The notes under the pieces: generated by a model
The model's database searches: none
What the model saw: only the letters and a program-made list of their open reading frames with translations
What the model was told of the DNA's origin: nothing
Made by a program: the position numbers and the translations under genes
Source of the DNA: Vicugna vicugna
Taxonomy: Eukaryota
NCBI GenBank assembly: GCA_013265495.1
Contig: MU058584.1
Location: 3,104,508-3,168,507, forward strand
Length of the DNA: 64,000 nucleotides
Direction: 5' to 3'
Shown here: positions 38,101-52,469 of the stretch, in pieces
How positions within the stretch are numbered: the stretch's first letter is position 1
Layout of the letters: every line of letters starts with the position of its first letter

Positions 38101-41100
38101 GCCATCGTGGCCATTACAGTGTTGGATGTGGTGTGGGTATTTGACATGTGCTGAACTGAGTTAGGCAGACCATAATTTATAATTGTCCCCTTATTCTTGT
38201 AATTTATAAGGCTATTTGGATTAGAATTTGAAGCCATGGTTGAAACCATACGTAACTGTACTCTTGGTGTTGAAGTGACCAAACAATATAAAGCCCCTTG
38301 AACCAATGTGGTAGGATACACTGGTATTGCCTAGTTAGAGCCTAGTGTTTGTTTCCTGTGTACTAGATGGGCATTTTGTTGAGTGAATGTCATTATGCAG
38401 AGACTGTATTATGTGCTTAGAGTTGAGGGGAATATAAGGAAATATGAGAGAAAGTCTCTGTCAGTATTTTATAGTGACAAGCTGTTTAAACCACTTTTAC
38501 CATCAAGCCAATTTATCATTAAAGCATTTGATTATCTCTTCCCTTTGAAGTCAGGCAGGTGTCTTCCCCGTTGATGGATAACAGTGGAAGATGAGGTGAG
38601 CAGAATTAACTTGCCTGAGGTCATGCAGCAGTGATAGAACGTGGATTGGAATCCAGATTTTTCCCTTTTCTAAATCTATTGCCTGTTTTGAGCTGTCTCC
38701 CCAGCAGCGACCAGTCCTCAGAGGTATTTGGAGGGAGGTGGGTCAGACTGTGTGATTAATACAGACCTGGAGAAGAAATGGCAGCCCTCTCAGTGGTGGG
38801 GGCTGTCACCTCAGATCGGCTTCACCATGAGTCAGCATCTGCCTTTGGAGCGCTCTGGAATGTGCCCTGGACCTGCCTCGCCTTGGCTCCCACTGTCCTG
38901 TTCCTGGAACCTCAGCAGCCATCCCCATCTGGCCAGATGGCTCATTCTACACCCTCGCCCCATCAGGGGCTCCCAGAGCCATGGGACTGCTTTGGTCCCT
39001 CTGCATTTTGCTCAGAGCTGACCTTGTCAGCTTTGTACTGCCCCAAGCTGCTGCCCTGGCCCTGCAGACCCCCTGCCACTCTCCCCTTTCCTCTCTTTTC
39101 CAGCCACATGCCCTAGCTTGGCCCCTTACATGTCCCCTCTGCCCAAGGCTCTTCGTTCCAGCTGAAATTCCCCTCTGGTTGATTACTCCAGCGCCTAGCA
39201 GTGCCTGCTAGAAGGAAGCCCAGACAGCCTCCTGTGGTTCCTCTCCTGCTGTGCCTTTGGTCAGCTACCACCTCCTTTATTTCTTGTTGGAAAGCCTTTG
39301 AAGTGTGGTTTCTGATGCGCGGGCTGTCTGGTGTCACCTAACTCCTGCTCTCTGTACCTATAGCGCTGGCATAGGTCTTCTGCCTCTTTGTTGAGTCTTG
39401 CTTTCATGAGGTTCTGTGATGGAGACAGATTGTATTTGGGAATTTCATGGCTGAAGACCTGACCTTTTTTTTGCTAGTGGGATCTGAGATGGTGCTGTTA
39501 GAACTGCTAAAGATCTCTGAGGTCTTTTAATGTGTATCTCACTTTTTTTAATCAATAGAAAAGGCTTGAGGGAATATTCCATGTGTGTGCATGTATATGT
39601 ATATATGCTTTCTTTTCATTAAACTATTTTTATCGTTAAGCCAATGTATCATTAAAGCATGTGATTATCTTGTCATAGTTATAATGTATCTGTATATGTA
39701 AGTTATATATGTATAATCAATACATAATTAAAAACAAAAAATTATCACATAATTAAAAGCAAAAACATAGTTAAAAACAAAAAAACAAAAATTAAAAAAG
39801 AATTCTGAAAAGATGAGGAAATGAAATAAACACTTAAACATTGTGATTTCTTTAATGGTATAAAACCTTTTGAGTCTTTTACTGAAGTATTTTTTATTTG
39901 TGACTAAATTTTTTTAATTTTTAGGAAGCTTATTTCAAATGCGTGATTCGTGCATCTTGGATGATCTTGGTGATCTTACTCTTAGTGATAATATAAGGCT
40001 GAAGATTTGGCTCTAAATTGTCTCATGAATCTTGATTTAATGACCATATTTGAAAAAGTTATTCCCTAAAATGATCCAAGTACAAGAAACTCATCATTTG
40101 TATTATGTACCAAATCATGGTAGTCCCATCCCCCAATTATGCAGTGGCTGTTGTTAAAAACCAGCAAGAAAATTTTTATCTTCTTTGCTGTCCCTCAGCT
40201 ATTTTTGTAGACCAAGGTGTTCCACTTAATGCTTTTTAACTAGTGGACTCAAAACCCACTCAGGATCCTCACTTGGAATTATTTGCAGGTTTTTCCAAGT
40301 TTTCTGTTTATGAGTTTTATAGGCACACACATAGTTTTTGGCAACTAAGTTGCCTAACAGTGGAAACATTTTCAAAATATTTTTTTAACATTGAATTTGA
40401 TAATTTGATTTTAATACACGTATTGCTTTTCTTTCAACCCTACATAAAAACAGCAAGTCAAAAACGTTACTTTTGAAAGTGAAATATTTCCAAATGAACA
40501 AGTAACTGTAAAATTTACATGAAAATAAAAAGGAAAAGACAGAATTTTCTAGAAGACAAAATAAAAGGTCTAAAAGTTGTCAGATTTTGACAAGACACAG
40601 TCATCAGCATTCAGTTCACATACACGCAAGAGGTTAAGTCTAACATGAGAGTTCATTCAGGAAGCAAAGTATTTACCATCAACAAAAGTACCATCAATAG
40701 ACTATTTAACCTGAAAAATAAAAAGAATCATAAAACGTAGGACTTTTCAGGCCTGTCTTAAACAGTAACTCGATTAGATATGGGGGCGATGGTTCTAAAA
40801 TGAATCGTGTATGCTTTGAGAATTTTGTATGATGATAGAAGACGGTGATAATCAAAAAGGTCAGTTTGCCTTGTCACCTGGCTATTAAAAATGATTTTTT
40901 CATAGTGTAGATTTCTTTTAAAAAGCAATTATTTTCCCATGGTGACTCCCTTTGAAACTGCAGAAAAAGTGTCAAGAGTACCTCTGTTCCTCTCACACTT
41001 GCTTTAGTGACCTTGCACGCCCTACGTCGGAACCTCGAGTTCCCCGCGAAGGAACCTGGAGTACCCTGCGGTGGTTTTCAGCAGTGCCTCCTCTTCCCAT

Positions 41101-41659
41101 CCCACGTGGTCCCACACTTCCTTTGGGTAGAGCATTCATTTCGCAAGAGTAGTGACAGAGAAGATTCTACCACTTGCCTTTTTGTATGACTTGGGGCACG
41201 TTATTGTAGGGCTTCTGTTAAGAATTTTGCGTGCTGTGTACATGGTGGAAGTGTAAGACTTTTGCATGTGGAGCTGAAGTTATGCGTCTTTATTGCCTTA
41301 ATCAGTCTGTAAGTGTGCTGTCTGGTATGATAGTCTGGCAATTCCCAACCTCCTCTCCCCTTGGCTGAGGAACTGCTTTGTCCTATCTCAGCAAACATCC
41401 TTTGTTTGTTTGCCTGTCCTGTAGGAAGTCCAGAGTTGTACAGATGTCTCTGGGATCGCCTTCTCCCAGATGGTGGAGGCTGAGCTTTGTTTCTGCCCTG
41501 TGCAGGTGGGTAGTCTCTCTCAGGCTGTACAGAGAATGCGTGTAGTGGAATGGGATGCTCAGAGTGCTGACCTGGGATTTTGGACTGTAGTCTTTAAACA
41601 TGTTTGCATCCATTTCTCCTTAGAGAATGTTGGAGAATTCTTTATTCTTTCACATGTTT

Positions 41660-42355
41660 AGTGTTTTTTTTAAAATACACACGTGCACACACACACACAT
41701 ACATACATATATATATTCGCACACATACATTCTTTTTCAGATTCTTTACCATTATAGATTTTTATAAGATATTGAATATAGTTCCCTGTGCTATATAGTA
41801 GGCCCTTGTTATTTATTTTATATATAGTAGTGTGTATATTAATCCAAAACTCCTAATTTACCCACCTCCCCCTTCCCCTTTGGTAACCATAGTTTGTTTT
41901 CTATGTCTGTGAGTCTATTTCTGGTTTGTAAATAAGTTTATTTGCATTTTTTTTTAGATTCTACATATAATATAGGTGATATTTGTCTTTCTCTGTCTGA
42001 CTTACTTCACTTAATATGATAATCTCTAGATCCATCCATGTTGCTGCAAATGGCATTATTTCACTCTTTTTCATGGCTGACTAATATTCCATTGCATGTA
42101 TATACTGCATCGTCTTTATCCAGTCATCTGTTGGTGGACATTTAGGTTGTTTCCATGCCTTGGCTATTGTAAATAGTGCTGCTAAGAACATTGGGGTGCA
42201 GGTGTCTTTTCAAATTATAGTTTTCTCCAGATGTATGCCCAGAAGTGGGATTGCTGGATCAGATGGTAGCTCTATGTTTAGTTTTTTAAGGAACCTCCAT
42301 ACTGTCTCCATAGTGGCTGCACCTGTTTACATTCCCACCAAGAGTGTAGGAGGCC
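41660..42355 (-). mobile_element. LINE1 3' end
   Basis: atatagttccctgtgctatatagtagg ... ccatgttgctgcaaatggcattatt ... ttgctggatc. Confidence 0.9.
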
Positions 42356-43169
42356 CCTCATGTGATTTTGACATCAGTTTATTTTTCATCTTGAGTAAAA
42401 AGTAGCAAAGGATGTAATTTCTGATATATTGTAAATGTTGACATTTTAAAATATTAATTGTTTCATTCTTTTAAATGTATCTGATGGCCTCTAAATGCTG
42501 TAATAATTTGAATTATCCATTTGAAAAATACATGAATAAGCTTGTACTTGAATCAGAAATGCTAGCTTTTCAATTTTTCTCCTTGAAACCATTTTCAATT
42601 CCACTTTCCCCACAAAATGTTAATTTATTTTTATGCTTGAAAATCTTTATTGAACATCCTGTCATCCTTCTGCAACAAGAATATGTATGCACATTGGAAT
42701 GATTTTTATTTCCTGTTCTCATAAGTCTTTTCAGTGTTAACTTCTTTTGGATCATGTTACTACAGTTATTAGCATAAATTAATCAGAACAAGTAGGTATC
42801 CGTTTTGATAAGTAAACACAGAAGGTGGGAGTTTTGTTGGAAGGCAACTTGATGAGATGGATGGCACTCCCCCACCCCATTATTTTATGTGTTGGTGGAT
42901 GATTACTATTACTACTCGATGCTAGAATAAGATTTTTTACTGTATAGATATAAACTTTGAGAAACTTTGTTGATATAAGTAGATGAGAATGGAAGAACTT
43001 TTATCATATTAAGATCACTCACTTTTTGTCTTTTAAGTTATGTCAGAACCTGATGCTATCTTTGTGAATAAGCTAGCTTGCCACCCACCTCCTTTGATTT
43101 TGTTGAAAGCAGAAAACTGGAAACCTGCAGATTTATAGAAGGATTTGTTACCCACTTATTAGGTCATTC

Positions 43170-43335
43170 CCCTCCCCCCCTTTTTTTTTTTTGGTTTTCC
43201 TTTTTTTTTTTTAACTTCATTACATTTTTGTGGGGGGGGTAATTAGGTTTATTTATTTATTTAAATGGAGGTACTGGGAATTGAACCCAGGACCTCGACA
43301 TGCTAAGCATGTGCTCTACCACCGTACACTCCTCA
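43170..43335 (-). mobile_element. tRNA-Ala-derived SINE
   Basis: ggaggtactgggaattgaacccaggacc..tgctaagcatgtgctctacc; TSD ggtcattc. Confidence 0.9.
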
Positions 43336-43999
43336 CTGGTCATTCACTTTTCAGTATCAACTTTAGTATTTCAAATCACCCTTTTATGGCCACTGATTTG
43401 GGAAACTTGGGTTCCAGTCTAGCTTTGCCAGTTATTTATTAGGTATATTCATTTATAGAGAAGAGGGTCCTTTCAGCCCTTAACATTCCACAATTCTGTA
43501 ACTTGCCTTGAATATCCTGTAATTGTTTTTTTTTTTTTTTCACCACTAGTCACACATACCAAGTGCTCCGAACCCGCCTAAGGCAGAGACTGACATCTTG
43601 CCACTTGGCAACACTTGCCTGAACTGGATTCCTCACAGGTCCTGGGACCATATGTGCTTTCTCTCACTCCTTTTCCCTTAAGTTCGTCCCTCTGCCCTCC
43701 TTCCTTTTCTTTACCTGGATGACCCCTGCTTATCTTTCCATGCGCGCTCTCTCTCTCAGGCGGTCCTCCTGGCATGGTTCAGTGTCCCTCTGCAGTCTTG
43801 CTGAAGCATCGTACCAGGTGCTTGGAATTCTCCCGCAGCCAGCGTGGACCTTGCTTCGTTAGTCTGTCTTCCCCTCTAGACTGAGCTCTCAGGATCAGGG
43901 TTGAGGTTTTCCTCACTGTTGCCTGAGGCTCACACATGGGCTAAAAACACTTTAGGTAGGTTCTCAATAAATACTTGTTAAATAACCAGATATTAAGGA

Positions 44000-44660
44000 C
44001 CTTCTTCTCGAGCTCTGTAGTATCTTCACTTGGATGTAGAACAAGAGTGTCAGTAAGTCTCATATTTAACTCCTGACCTTCCCCCAGACATACTTGACCT
44101 GCATCCTTCCCCATCTCCATTGATGACATCTTCATCCTTCCAGTTGCTCAGGCCTAAGACCTTGCAGTCATTCTTAACTGCTCTCCTTCACTTGTACCCA
44201 ATCCATTAAGAAATCTTGCTGTCCCTGCCCTCTTACCTACCTGTCCACAGTCTGACCACTTTCTACCTCCACTGCTTCCACTGTGGTCCAAGCCCCCAGC
44301 ACCTCTCAGCTGGGTTATTGCAGTGGAATCCTGACTCATCTCCCTGACCTACCCTGTCCTGATCTACCCTGTTCTCATCGCAGCAGCCAGAGTGATCCTG
44401 TCAAAATGAAGGCTGGGTAGTAGTTCCCCTGCTTCTGCTCAGAACCTTGCAGTAGCTTCCCATCTGACTCTCAGTAAAAGGCGAGAGTCCTTCCAAAGAC
44501 CCACAAGGTCCTACAAATGGGCCTTGGCGTTGTGTTCATTGTGTGCGGACAGCACTTCCTTCAGACATCTGTGTGGTTAACCCTTTCATCTCCTTGGTCA
44601 TTTTATTTAAATTGCACACAGTAGGTGCTCAGATATTTGCTGAATAAATGGGTGAAGAGT
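44000..44660 (+). mobile_element. LINE2 remnant
   Basis: ttccagttgctcaggcctaagaccttgcagtcattctt ... gtaggtgctcagatatttgctgaataaatg. Confidence 0.75.
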
Positions 44661-47529
44661 GCATTACTTTCTTGCTCAGTTCCTTCTTCTAATACTAGTT
44701 TTTAGTGCTTAAACCCAATTGCTTTGGCTGTTGCCGGGAGATCATTGTCCCTTTGCTGGTCACATTTGTATCTCCTCTTGGGGTCCCTTCACCTGGATAG
44801 GATTGTGGCATATTGCCAACCACAGAGTTTGGTGTAACTATACATGCTACATACATGGCTTAGGTGCTTGATTAATGATGCATTTGAAAAAATATGCAAT
44901 CAACCTTAACATCTTGCTGTCAAGTTCTTACTAGGGGTGTCACCTAATTTTGTTTAATGAAATGCAGGTTGATATGAAATGGATCTTTACTTTAACTCAA
45001 ATCTTCGAAGAGCAGATCTTTGATACCAAAATGATTATCTTCTCTGTCTTAGAGGAAGGTAGATCCATCATCTTTAGAGGAAAATGGTCTCTGCTTTGGG
45101 CAGCTTGCATTAGTCTCAATCTTGAAGCATGGATGGGAGTTGGGAAGGGGCTGAGCAGAGCCGTAGGGTGGGAGAACAAGGCAGCTTTTTAGGTTCTTCT
45201 GAGCTTTAGTGTGGCTTGTTAAGGAATAGAAAATGTCCTTACTGAATTGGGGAGACTTGACATGGCAAAGACACTTTCCAAAGCTGTATGTGTAACCTTG
45301 AATTGTCCCTCTGGGATTATTTAGTGTTCTTCCTTTCATCAATACGGGTGATGTATACTTATATGTATTACAGACTGCAGTTTCTGCTGTAAAACAGCAG
45401 CGTTAAGATCTGAGATGCTGCTGTTCAAAACGTTTTCTTGACAAAAATGCAGACGCTCTGTAAACTGAAGCAGTTACGGTCTTGTCTGATAAATTTATGA
45501 TACACTCGATAGTAAGAAGTAGTTCTGAGCAGGAACGGAACTCAGAACCCAGGATGTATACCCAGGGGCCTCGGGTAGCCTGTCCCATCTGTGTGGCTCA
45601 TGGCTTGGCATCTCTGCCGACAGGTGCACTGGAATCAGCTTTACCCAAGCAGCTGTGGCGTGACGGCCCGTTGTCTCAGTAGAGGTTTTCTGAGCAGCCG
45701 TTTCTGTTCTATGGTATATTGTTGTCTGCGGGAACTTTCTCCAGACGGTGAGTTTGGGGAGGATGGTTGGTTCAGAAACCTGCTCTTTCAGGAGGGGCGC
45801 ATGTCCTGGGGACCTGTTGATTTTTCTATCAAGGTAAAACATCCTGTTTTGGTTAGTCAGTGGCTTCATTTTTCTCTGCTTTTTTTTCAGTAGAGACAGC
45901 AAACCTTTGAAAGTAGGAGGAGCAGACTGTTGGGTGAGACATAGTATTTGAGTAAAAGAGACAGAAAGTACTCTCCTGGAAGGCGATGCATGTGGAGCCC
46001 TCCTTTTCTGACTCTGAAGGACACACGCTGGCCAGAGCCTGTGCTGGATTGGGTTCTGGAGGGGCATGATCAGGGGACATCACGCTCAAGGTAGAAAAGC
46101 CTGTGTTTTGGACATCTGAGAAGAGCTAAATCCCCAGCCTACCATGTGGCTCCTTTTGCAGGTCTTGATGTGGTTCAAGGTCTTTCTGGCCTGATAGAAT
46201 CGAAGCTTTATGATGTCTCTCCTTCATGCACGGATTGGAGTGGAACTCCTGTAAGTCCAGACAGCTCGATGGGGTGGGAAGAACATGCGCTTTAGAGTCA
46301 GCCACGCTGTGTTAACATCCTAGCTCCACCGCTCCTCATCTGTCCCTTCTGGACCTGTTTCTACATTTGTGAAAAGAGATAACGTCTTGTTTGGAGAGTT
46401 GCTAGGATCCCATGAGAAGGTGTCTGCAGAGGTACCCACATCGCAGGGGGATGCATGGAGCCAACATCACCCACCTGCCCGTGGGTCTTGCTCTGCGGCC
46501 GCCGTGCTGTCACCGCAGGACCTTTGGCCGTTCTGCTGTCGCTTGTAACCAGCATGGCTCCCTGGCACATCAGCCTGGCCGGCATCCAGGCACGGTGGCG
46601 TTGATAGCAGTGGGGACCCAGTAGGGCAGTGTGATGCCCACTTACTAACGTGATGCTGTTTCCTTGAGACTGTGGCCTTTCTTCTTTGCTCACAAGGCCA
46701 CAGCGGGTCAGATGTGGGCCCCTCTCTTCTCCGGGTGGCCTTTCCTTGTTCCTTTTCTCATCACCAGCTTGCTGTAGGGTTTACTTAGCGGTTCTGTTCT
46801 GAAGTTCTTGAGTTGGACCTTTTTCTGAAAAGAGTTAAGTGGACTTGTTTTATAAAGGGTAGTTAGGCGAAGAAAAAGCAGTTTATTAAATAACATAGCT
46901 TTTTTTTAACGCTTTTCCTTAAAAATAGAACACGTAGGAACGTGTATAAAATGACAAATATGTGGTTCAGTGAATTATCACAAAGTGACCACATCTGTAC
47001 ACGTGCCCTCCAAGTCAAGAAATAGATTGTGACCAGCACCATGGAAAGCCCTCGCCATTACTACCCCATCCCTCAGCTGTCTCTTGCTGGCCTCCTGGAG
47101 ACAAGGCAGCGTTTTACAGCTGTAGCGTTACCGCAACTTGTGGGACTCCGTCTCCTTTAGGAGACACATACATACATATGAAAATAAAGCCACTGCAGTT
47201 CTCACCCTTGTCTGCCCCCCAGAGAAAAGGTCACACCTTCCATTCCTTTGTTCTTCCGGTAAATGTTCGTTGATTTCTGACCAAGTGCCGGACACACTGT
47301 CAAGTCCTGGGAACACAGCAGTGATTGTGATCAGATAAAGCCCTTCACCACGTGGCGCTTCCCAGTCGAGGTCTGACTCACCAGGCTAACCCGGAGCCTA
47401 ACCGCGTGGTAGGTGTTTAATAAATGTCTTCCAGACCCAACTAAATATATTCCCTTTACTGTTCTCCTGTGGCATTCGCCCTCTTGGACTGTGGTCAGCC
47501 GTTAGAGTTCCGACTTTTCTTTTTTCCTC

Positions 47530-48055
47530 CATATTGTCTTTTTAATTTTACTTATTTTTATTGAGATACAGTTGATTTACAGTATTAGTTTCCAGTGTAC
47601 AACATAAGTGATTAAAATTTTTATAGCTAATACTGCACTTAAAGTTATTATAAAATATTGGCTATGTTCCCTGTGCTGTACAATATATCCTTATAGCTTA
47701 TTTATTTATTAAAAATTTTTTTTGTGGGGGAGGGAGGTAATTAGATTTTTAAATTAATTTTTTAATGGAGGTACTGGGGATTGAACCCAGGACCTCAAGC
47801 ATGCTAAGCATGTGCTCTACCACGGAGCTATACCCTTCCCTTGGGTTATTTATCTACTACATAGTAGTTTGTATCTCTTAATCCCCTACTGTTACCTTGC
47901 CCCTACCCGCTTCTCTCTCTGTATCTGTGAGTATCTTTTTTTTGTCATATTCGCAAGTTTGTTTTATTTAGATTAGACTTATAAGTGATAACATGTGTTA
48001 TTTGTCTTTCTTTAACTTATTTTTACTAAACATGATGCCCTCCAGGTCCATCCAA
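47530..48055 (-). mobile_element. LINE1 3' end with nested tRNA-Ala SINE (about 47700-47841)
   Basis: L1 tail tttattgagatacagttgatttac; SINE ggaggtactggggattgaacccagg..gagctataccc. Confidence 0.85.
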
Positions 48056-48239
48056 GACTCTGACCTCCAGATTCCAGGACCCCGGACTGCAGGTGTCTAT
48101 GTTTTTATTGCTAATCTTTTGCATAGAAAGGAATTCAGTCTGATTATTGAAGGTGTGACCGGTGTCAAGGAAATGGTGCTGTCAGGGGGTTAAAAGGAGT
48201 TGGAGAATGTCAATGGCTCTGGAAAAGCTTTTCTTGCTA

Positions 48240-49350
48240 AAATCACCAATCATCGCCTGGTTCCCAAGGCCCGTTAAAGCCACTGGTTCCTGAGCTTACT
48301 TGTGGTAACATTTGACAATGACCGTTCCCTCTGGAGGAAGTGTTTTTGAATTCGCTATCTGAGGCTGGCTGGCTTTCTCCCTGTTTCACTGTTCCTTCTC
48401 AGTCACCTCTGAGGGTTCTTTTTCTGCCTGTGAAGGTGTCATGCCTCAGAACTCCCTCTCTGGCTCACTGGTTTTTGCCCTCTGCGTCCTCTGTCTCCTC
48501 CATTTGTGGGTGGCTCCCAGGTTTTTCCTGCTCTGAGTCCGTTCCTGGGAGTCCTTGCCCATTTATCCAGCTGTCTCCTGGGCACTACCCTTCCTGTTCC
48601 AGGACCAGGTTTATTCGGAACTAGCCCGCTAATACCTCACCTCACCTGCTCCAGCCACAGATACTGCACTACTGGTGTTTTCTCTCCACACACACGCACA
48701 GGACAGAAACCTTGCATCAGCTCTGTCCCTCTCTTGCACTCCTCCATCCTCCCACGTCTGTCCAGGCTCCTGGGCTCCCATCAGTTCTCCTGGTGGAACT
48801 TCTCTTGAAGTTACCCACCCCTGTCCCCCCACATCCATCATTTCTTGCCTGGATAACTCTCCAGTGGCTGATTTCCCAGCCGCCAGTCCAGACCTCCTTC
48901 AAGACATTCTCTACGTTGTTGCTGGAGTGGTCATGCCCGTCAGTCCCCTGAAGCTTCAGTGGTTCTTCTTCACCTTCAGTCTTGCTGTCAGCATTGCCCA
49001 CCCCCCTAAGCCTTATGGCGTGGTCCCTCCAGCCTTACTTCCTGTCTCTCCCCCTACTCCATGCTTGTCCTTTCCAACCTGGTTGTCAGCGCCCAGATCT
49101 CGGAGAGCTCACCTCCACACCTCTGGATGTGTCACTGCTTCTGCTTCACACGACGTCCGGTCCCCTCCCCGAAGGTGTCCTCTGTCAGTCCACTGCACTC
49201 TGCATTGCGGTTCCCATCCTGTGTTCTCCTCCTTCTTGCATGCTGTGCGCTCTGTCTTCCCAGCAGACTGAGTTTTAAAAGCGATGTCTTTCATCTCTGT
49301 CTACTATGCCTAGAATATCATAGGTGCTCAAAATACTTGAGTGAATGTAA
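48240..49350 (+). mobile_element. LINE2 remnant
   Basis: ttgctaaaatcaccaat ... cataggtgctcaaaatacttgagtgaatg. Confidence 0.65.
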
Positions 49351-49872
49351 TGAGGGTCTTTTTTGTTTTTTGTTATGAATGTGGGGTTGGGTTGTGTATG
49401 GATTCATCTGGGTCATTTTGTTTTTTTTATTCTAACATCAGAATTTGAGATCTGAAAGGTGAATCTCAGATTTTCACAGTAGTCTCTCTGCAGAGCTGAA
49501 CATTGGACTAGTGCTGGTAGGAAGCGTGTTAGCAGGAGGCACACTTGTTGGATCTGGCTTACCCTCTGCCCCGCCTGCCATGTGAGTGTGTAGGTGTGTG
49601 GAGGGAGAGAGGAGTGGGAGTGGAGATGGCAGATGGACTGTGCACTGATGTTTCGGAACATGGGACTAGTGTAGAAAACTTCCGATCTCGTGAATTTAAA
49701 AACTACTAGTTTTTGTCAAGTCAGCTTTAAACGAACCCTGCGGTTATAGCAAAAACCATTGCTTATCTGTTGGGCTGTTAGGTACAGACATTTGAGTTTC
49801 AAGAACTTACTTGGTGACAGATATTTTGATGGGTGGCACAGACTTTTAATTCACTAGGAAGGACTTTTGTAA

Positions 49873-50131
49873 GTTTTTTTTTTTTTTTTTACTTGAAGTA
49901 ATATATATATATACATACGTGTATTCCTTTACATATTCTGTTTCATTATAGGTTACTACAAGATATTGAATATAGTTCCTTGTGCTGTACAGTAGGACCT
50001 CGTTGTTTTATCTATTTTACATATAGTAGTTACTATCTGCAAATCTTGAACTCCCAGTTTAATCCCTTCCCACCCGCTTTCTCCCCGGTACTCGTAAGTT
50101 TGTCCTCTACATCTGTGAGTCTATTTCTGTT
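49873..50131 (-). mobile_element. Short LINE1 3' end
   Basis: Poly-T head; ggttactacaagatattgaatatagttcc. Confidence 0.85.
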
Positions 50132-50504
50132 CAAAGTTTTTTTTATGAGAAAGAACAACTTTTATTATCTTTGTCACTTCTTTTCTTAATCAAAAGTAAC
50201 ATGCTGATGAGTACACAATTCTGACTGTACTCAAAGCCAGTATTAGATTGTACACTTTAAATGGGTGAATTATGTGCTATTCGAATTCTATCTAAATAAA
50301 GCTGTTTTTAAAAAGTCAAAAAAAGAGAAAGTAACACATCCTCTTGTAAAACATCTGCATAATAACTGTTGGAGTGCCTGCAGTCACTTTATCCTATTGC
50401 CTTTTTTGCCCTTTTGTGCCTTTATTTTGTTTATATCAATGAATACTATCTGAATTTATTTGTGTGTGTATTTATTATCTATTTTTTTCAAAACGCTTTT
50501 TACA

Positions 50505-50740
50505 GATGATAGCTAATGTTTCCCGAGCACTGACTATGTGCTGTCCCAAGCGTTTTATACGTACTAACTCCTGTAATCCTTAGAGCCCTAAGACGTAAGT
50601 TACTGAAATTATCCTCAATTTCCAGGTGAGGAGATGGTAGTACAGAGAAGTTAAGTAACTGTGTCAAGTGCCAAAGCACTGTGTGGTGGGGTTGGTATTT
50701 AAATCCAGGTAGCCTGGCTCCGGAGTCCAAAAACCCGCTC
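50505..50740 (-). mobile_element. MIR, near full length
   Basis: agagaagttaagtaactgtgtcaag ... atttaaatccaggtagcctggctccggagtcc. Confidence 0.8.
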
Positions 50741-52049
50741 TGCTCTGCTGAGTTTCAGTGTTGGCTTGGCAGGGCAGGTGCGCCTGCTTCCAGCGTGGCG
50801 CTCTGCTCTGGGTGTGTGGAATGAAGGTGAATCAGACCAAGCAAAAAATGAAGATAAAATACTTCTTCAGCACCCTTCCTTGGTGCAGTTTGGTTGTTTT
50901 CCTCATAAAGACTTTTATTTTCAATTACAAGCACACACTTATGCACAGATATAGTCCTTTTACCTAAATGTTACCCCTCTTGGGAAATTTTTTTTTCACC
51001 TCCCATGAGTCCTTGGGGACCATGTCCCTTAAGATGCAACATTATCTTAGCTGTGCGACAATTAAGACGACTGTAGTTGTTTTACGTTACCTAAATGTCA
51101 GTCTCCTTGAGATGTGGGAAACATTTTAGCCTCATCAGCAATATCCTGGGGAGGGGGTGCCCCTGCAGGTGGCAGCTGCGACCTATTTTGTGTTGATGCG
51201 TGACGAAAGACGTCACCCCTGTTAAGAAAGTTAATGCTGCTAAATCAGAGGATATACCTTATTTGGAGGTTTGAACATCCTGGTGACTGACTGTGGTCTT
51301 TTCCTAGTTCCTATGATTGTGCTGATGAGAAAAAGGGACTGCTTAAAATTTTGTGTGTGTGTAATAACAGCATTTTATCATAACATTTGAGAGGTTGTTA
51401 AGTCTTGCCTTCTCTTCTCTTCCCCTTCAGTGGGAGCGGAGGATTTCCCTGTAGGGCAGTGGCTCTTAGGTTAGTCTGAGGCCCTGGGATGGGCTTCCAG
51501 AAGGGCCTCTCAGTTTCTTAAGCTGTGTAGAATTTTGTTAAGCGTGCACATTTTGCTGGAGCTGCTTTCCATCCCAGAAGTGAGCGTGAGGACTCAAAGA
51601 GCCCTTTTTGATGTGGGATGTAACACACTCTCATTCTCAGGCTGCAGGGATCCTGGAGGCTGACTTGATACAGAGATCAGGAATGCTTTTTTTTCGTCTG
51701 AGAAAATGAGGTGGGTGAGGATAAAACTCTGGAGAGGGCAGTTTGCACTTTTCCTCACTAGGACTCAGATTCTCACTAACTGAGTGAATGCATTGACTCA
51801 GCCTGTATATAGGGGGCACCTGATCAGATTAAATAAACATTTGGTGTGACAGCAGTGCCATGCCTGCTTTTGTCCCCATCAGAACCTTCTATCATGTAGT
51901 CTGGACCTAGCTCACAGCCTCCTATTTAACTGGCTCTTCTTATTTCCAAATGCTGCTGCCTGTGTGCAGGTACATGATTAAAAATTTAACCTGTATATTA
52001 TTACTTTCGTAAAAGTTAAAGAAAATGCGTCTGGTTAAAAAAAAAAAAG

Positions 52050-52270
52050 GTGAATAGCCTCAGCTCTGCTGTTCCCTAGTGCAGTGATCTTGGGCAGAGT
52101 TGCTTGTTGTGCCTCAGTTTCCTCATCTGTAAAATGGGTACCCAAATGGTGCCTACCTCTCAAAGGGATGAAATAATACATGAAATAATACAGAAAAGGC
52201 AGCTGAAATGTTACCTGGAGTATGGTAAACAGCCAGTAAGTGTTAGTGCTTGTGAAGGTGATGATGACAG
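52050..52270 (+). mobile_element. MIR
   Basis: gtgcctcagtttcctcatctgtaaaatggg. Confidence 0.85.
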
Positions 52271-52469
52271 TAAGGGTAACTCCATCCATTTATAGTAAGA
52301 CCTATAAACCCAAAATAAGGAGGCCTTCCTTCTTGACTCCATCCCATTTCCTAGAGACAAACACTTTCAACTCTTTTTGGTTGTTTCTCTTTTTATTTAT
52401 CTCATAGCTCAAAAAATCACATTTTCAGTGCTATTTTCTGACGTCCCCTCTCTCAATATTACGCATTCC

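Noticed and set aside
40140..42720. Possible hAT DNA-transposon remnant split by L1
   Set aside because: AT-rich and repeat-like, but family and ends could not be supported
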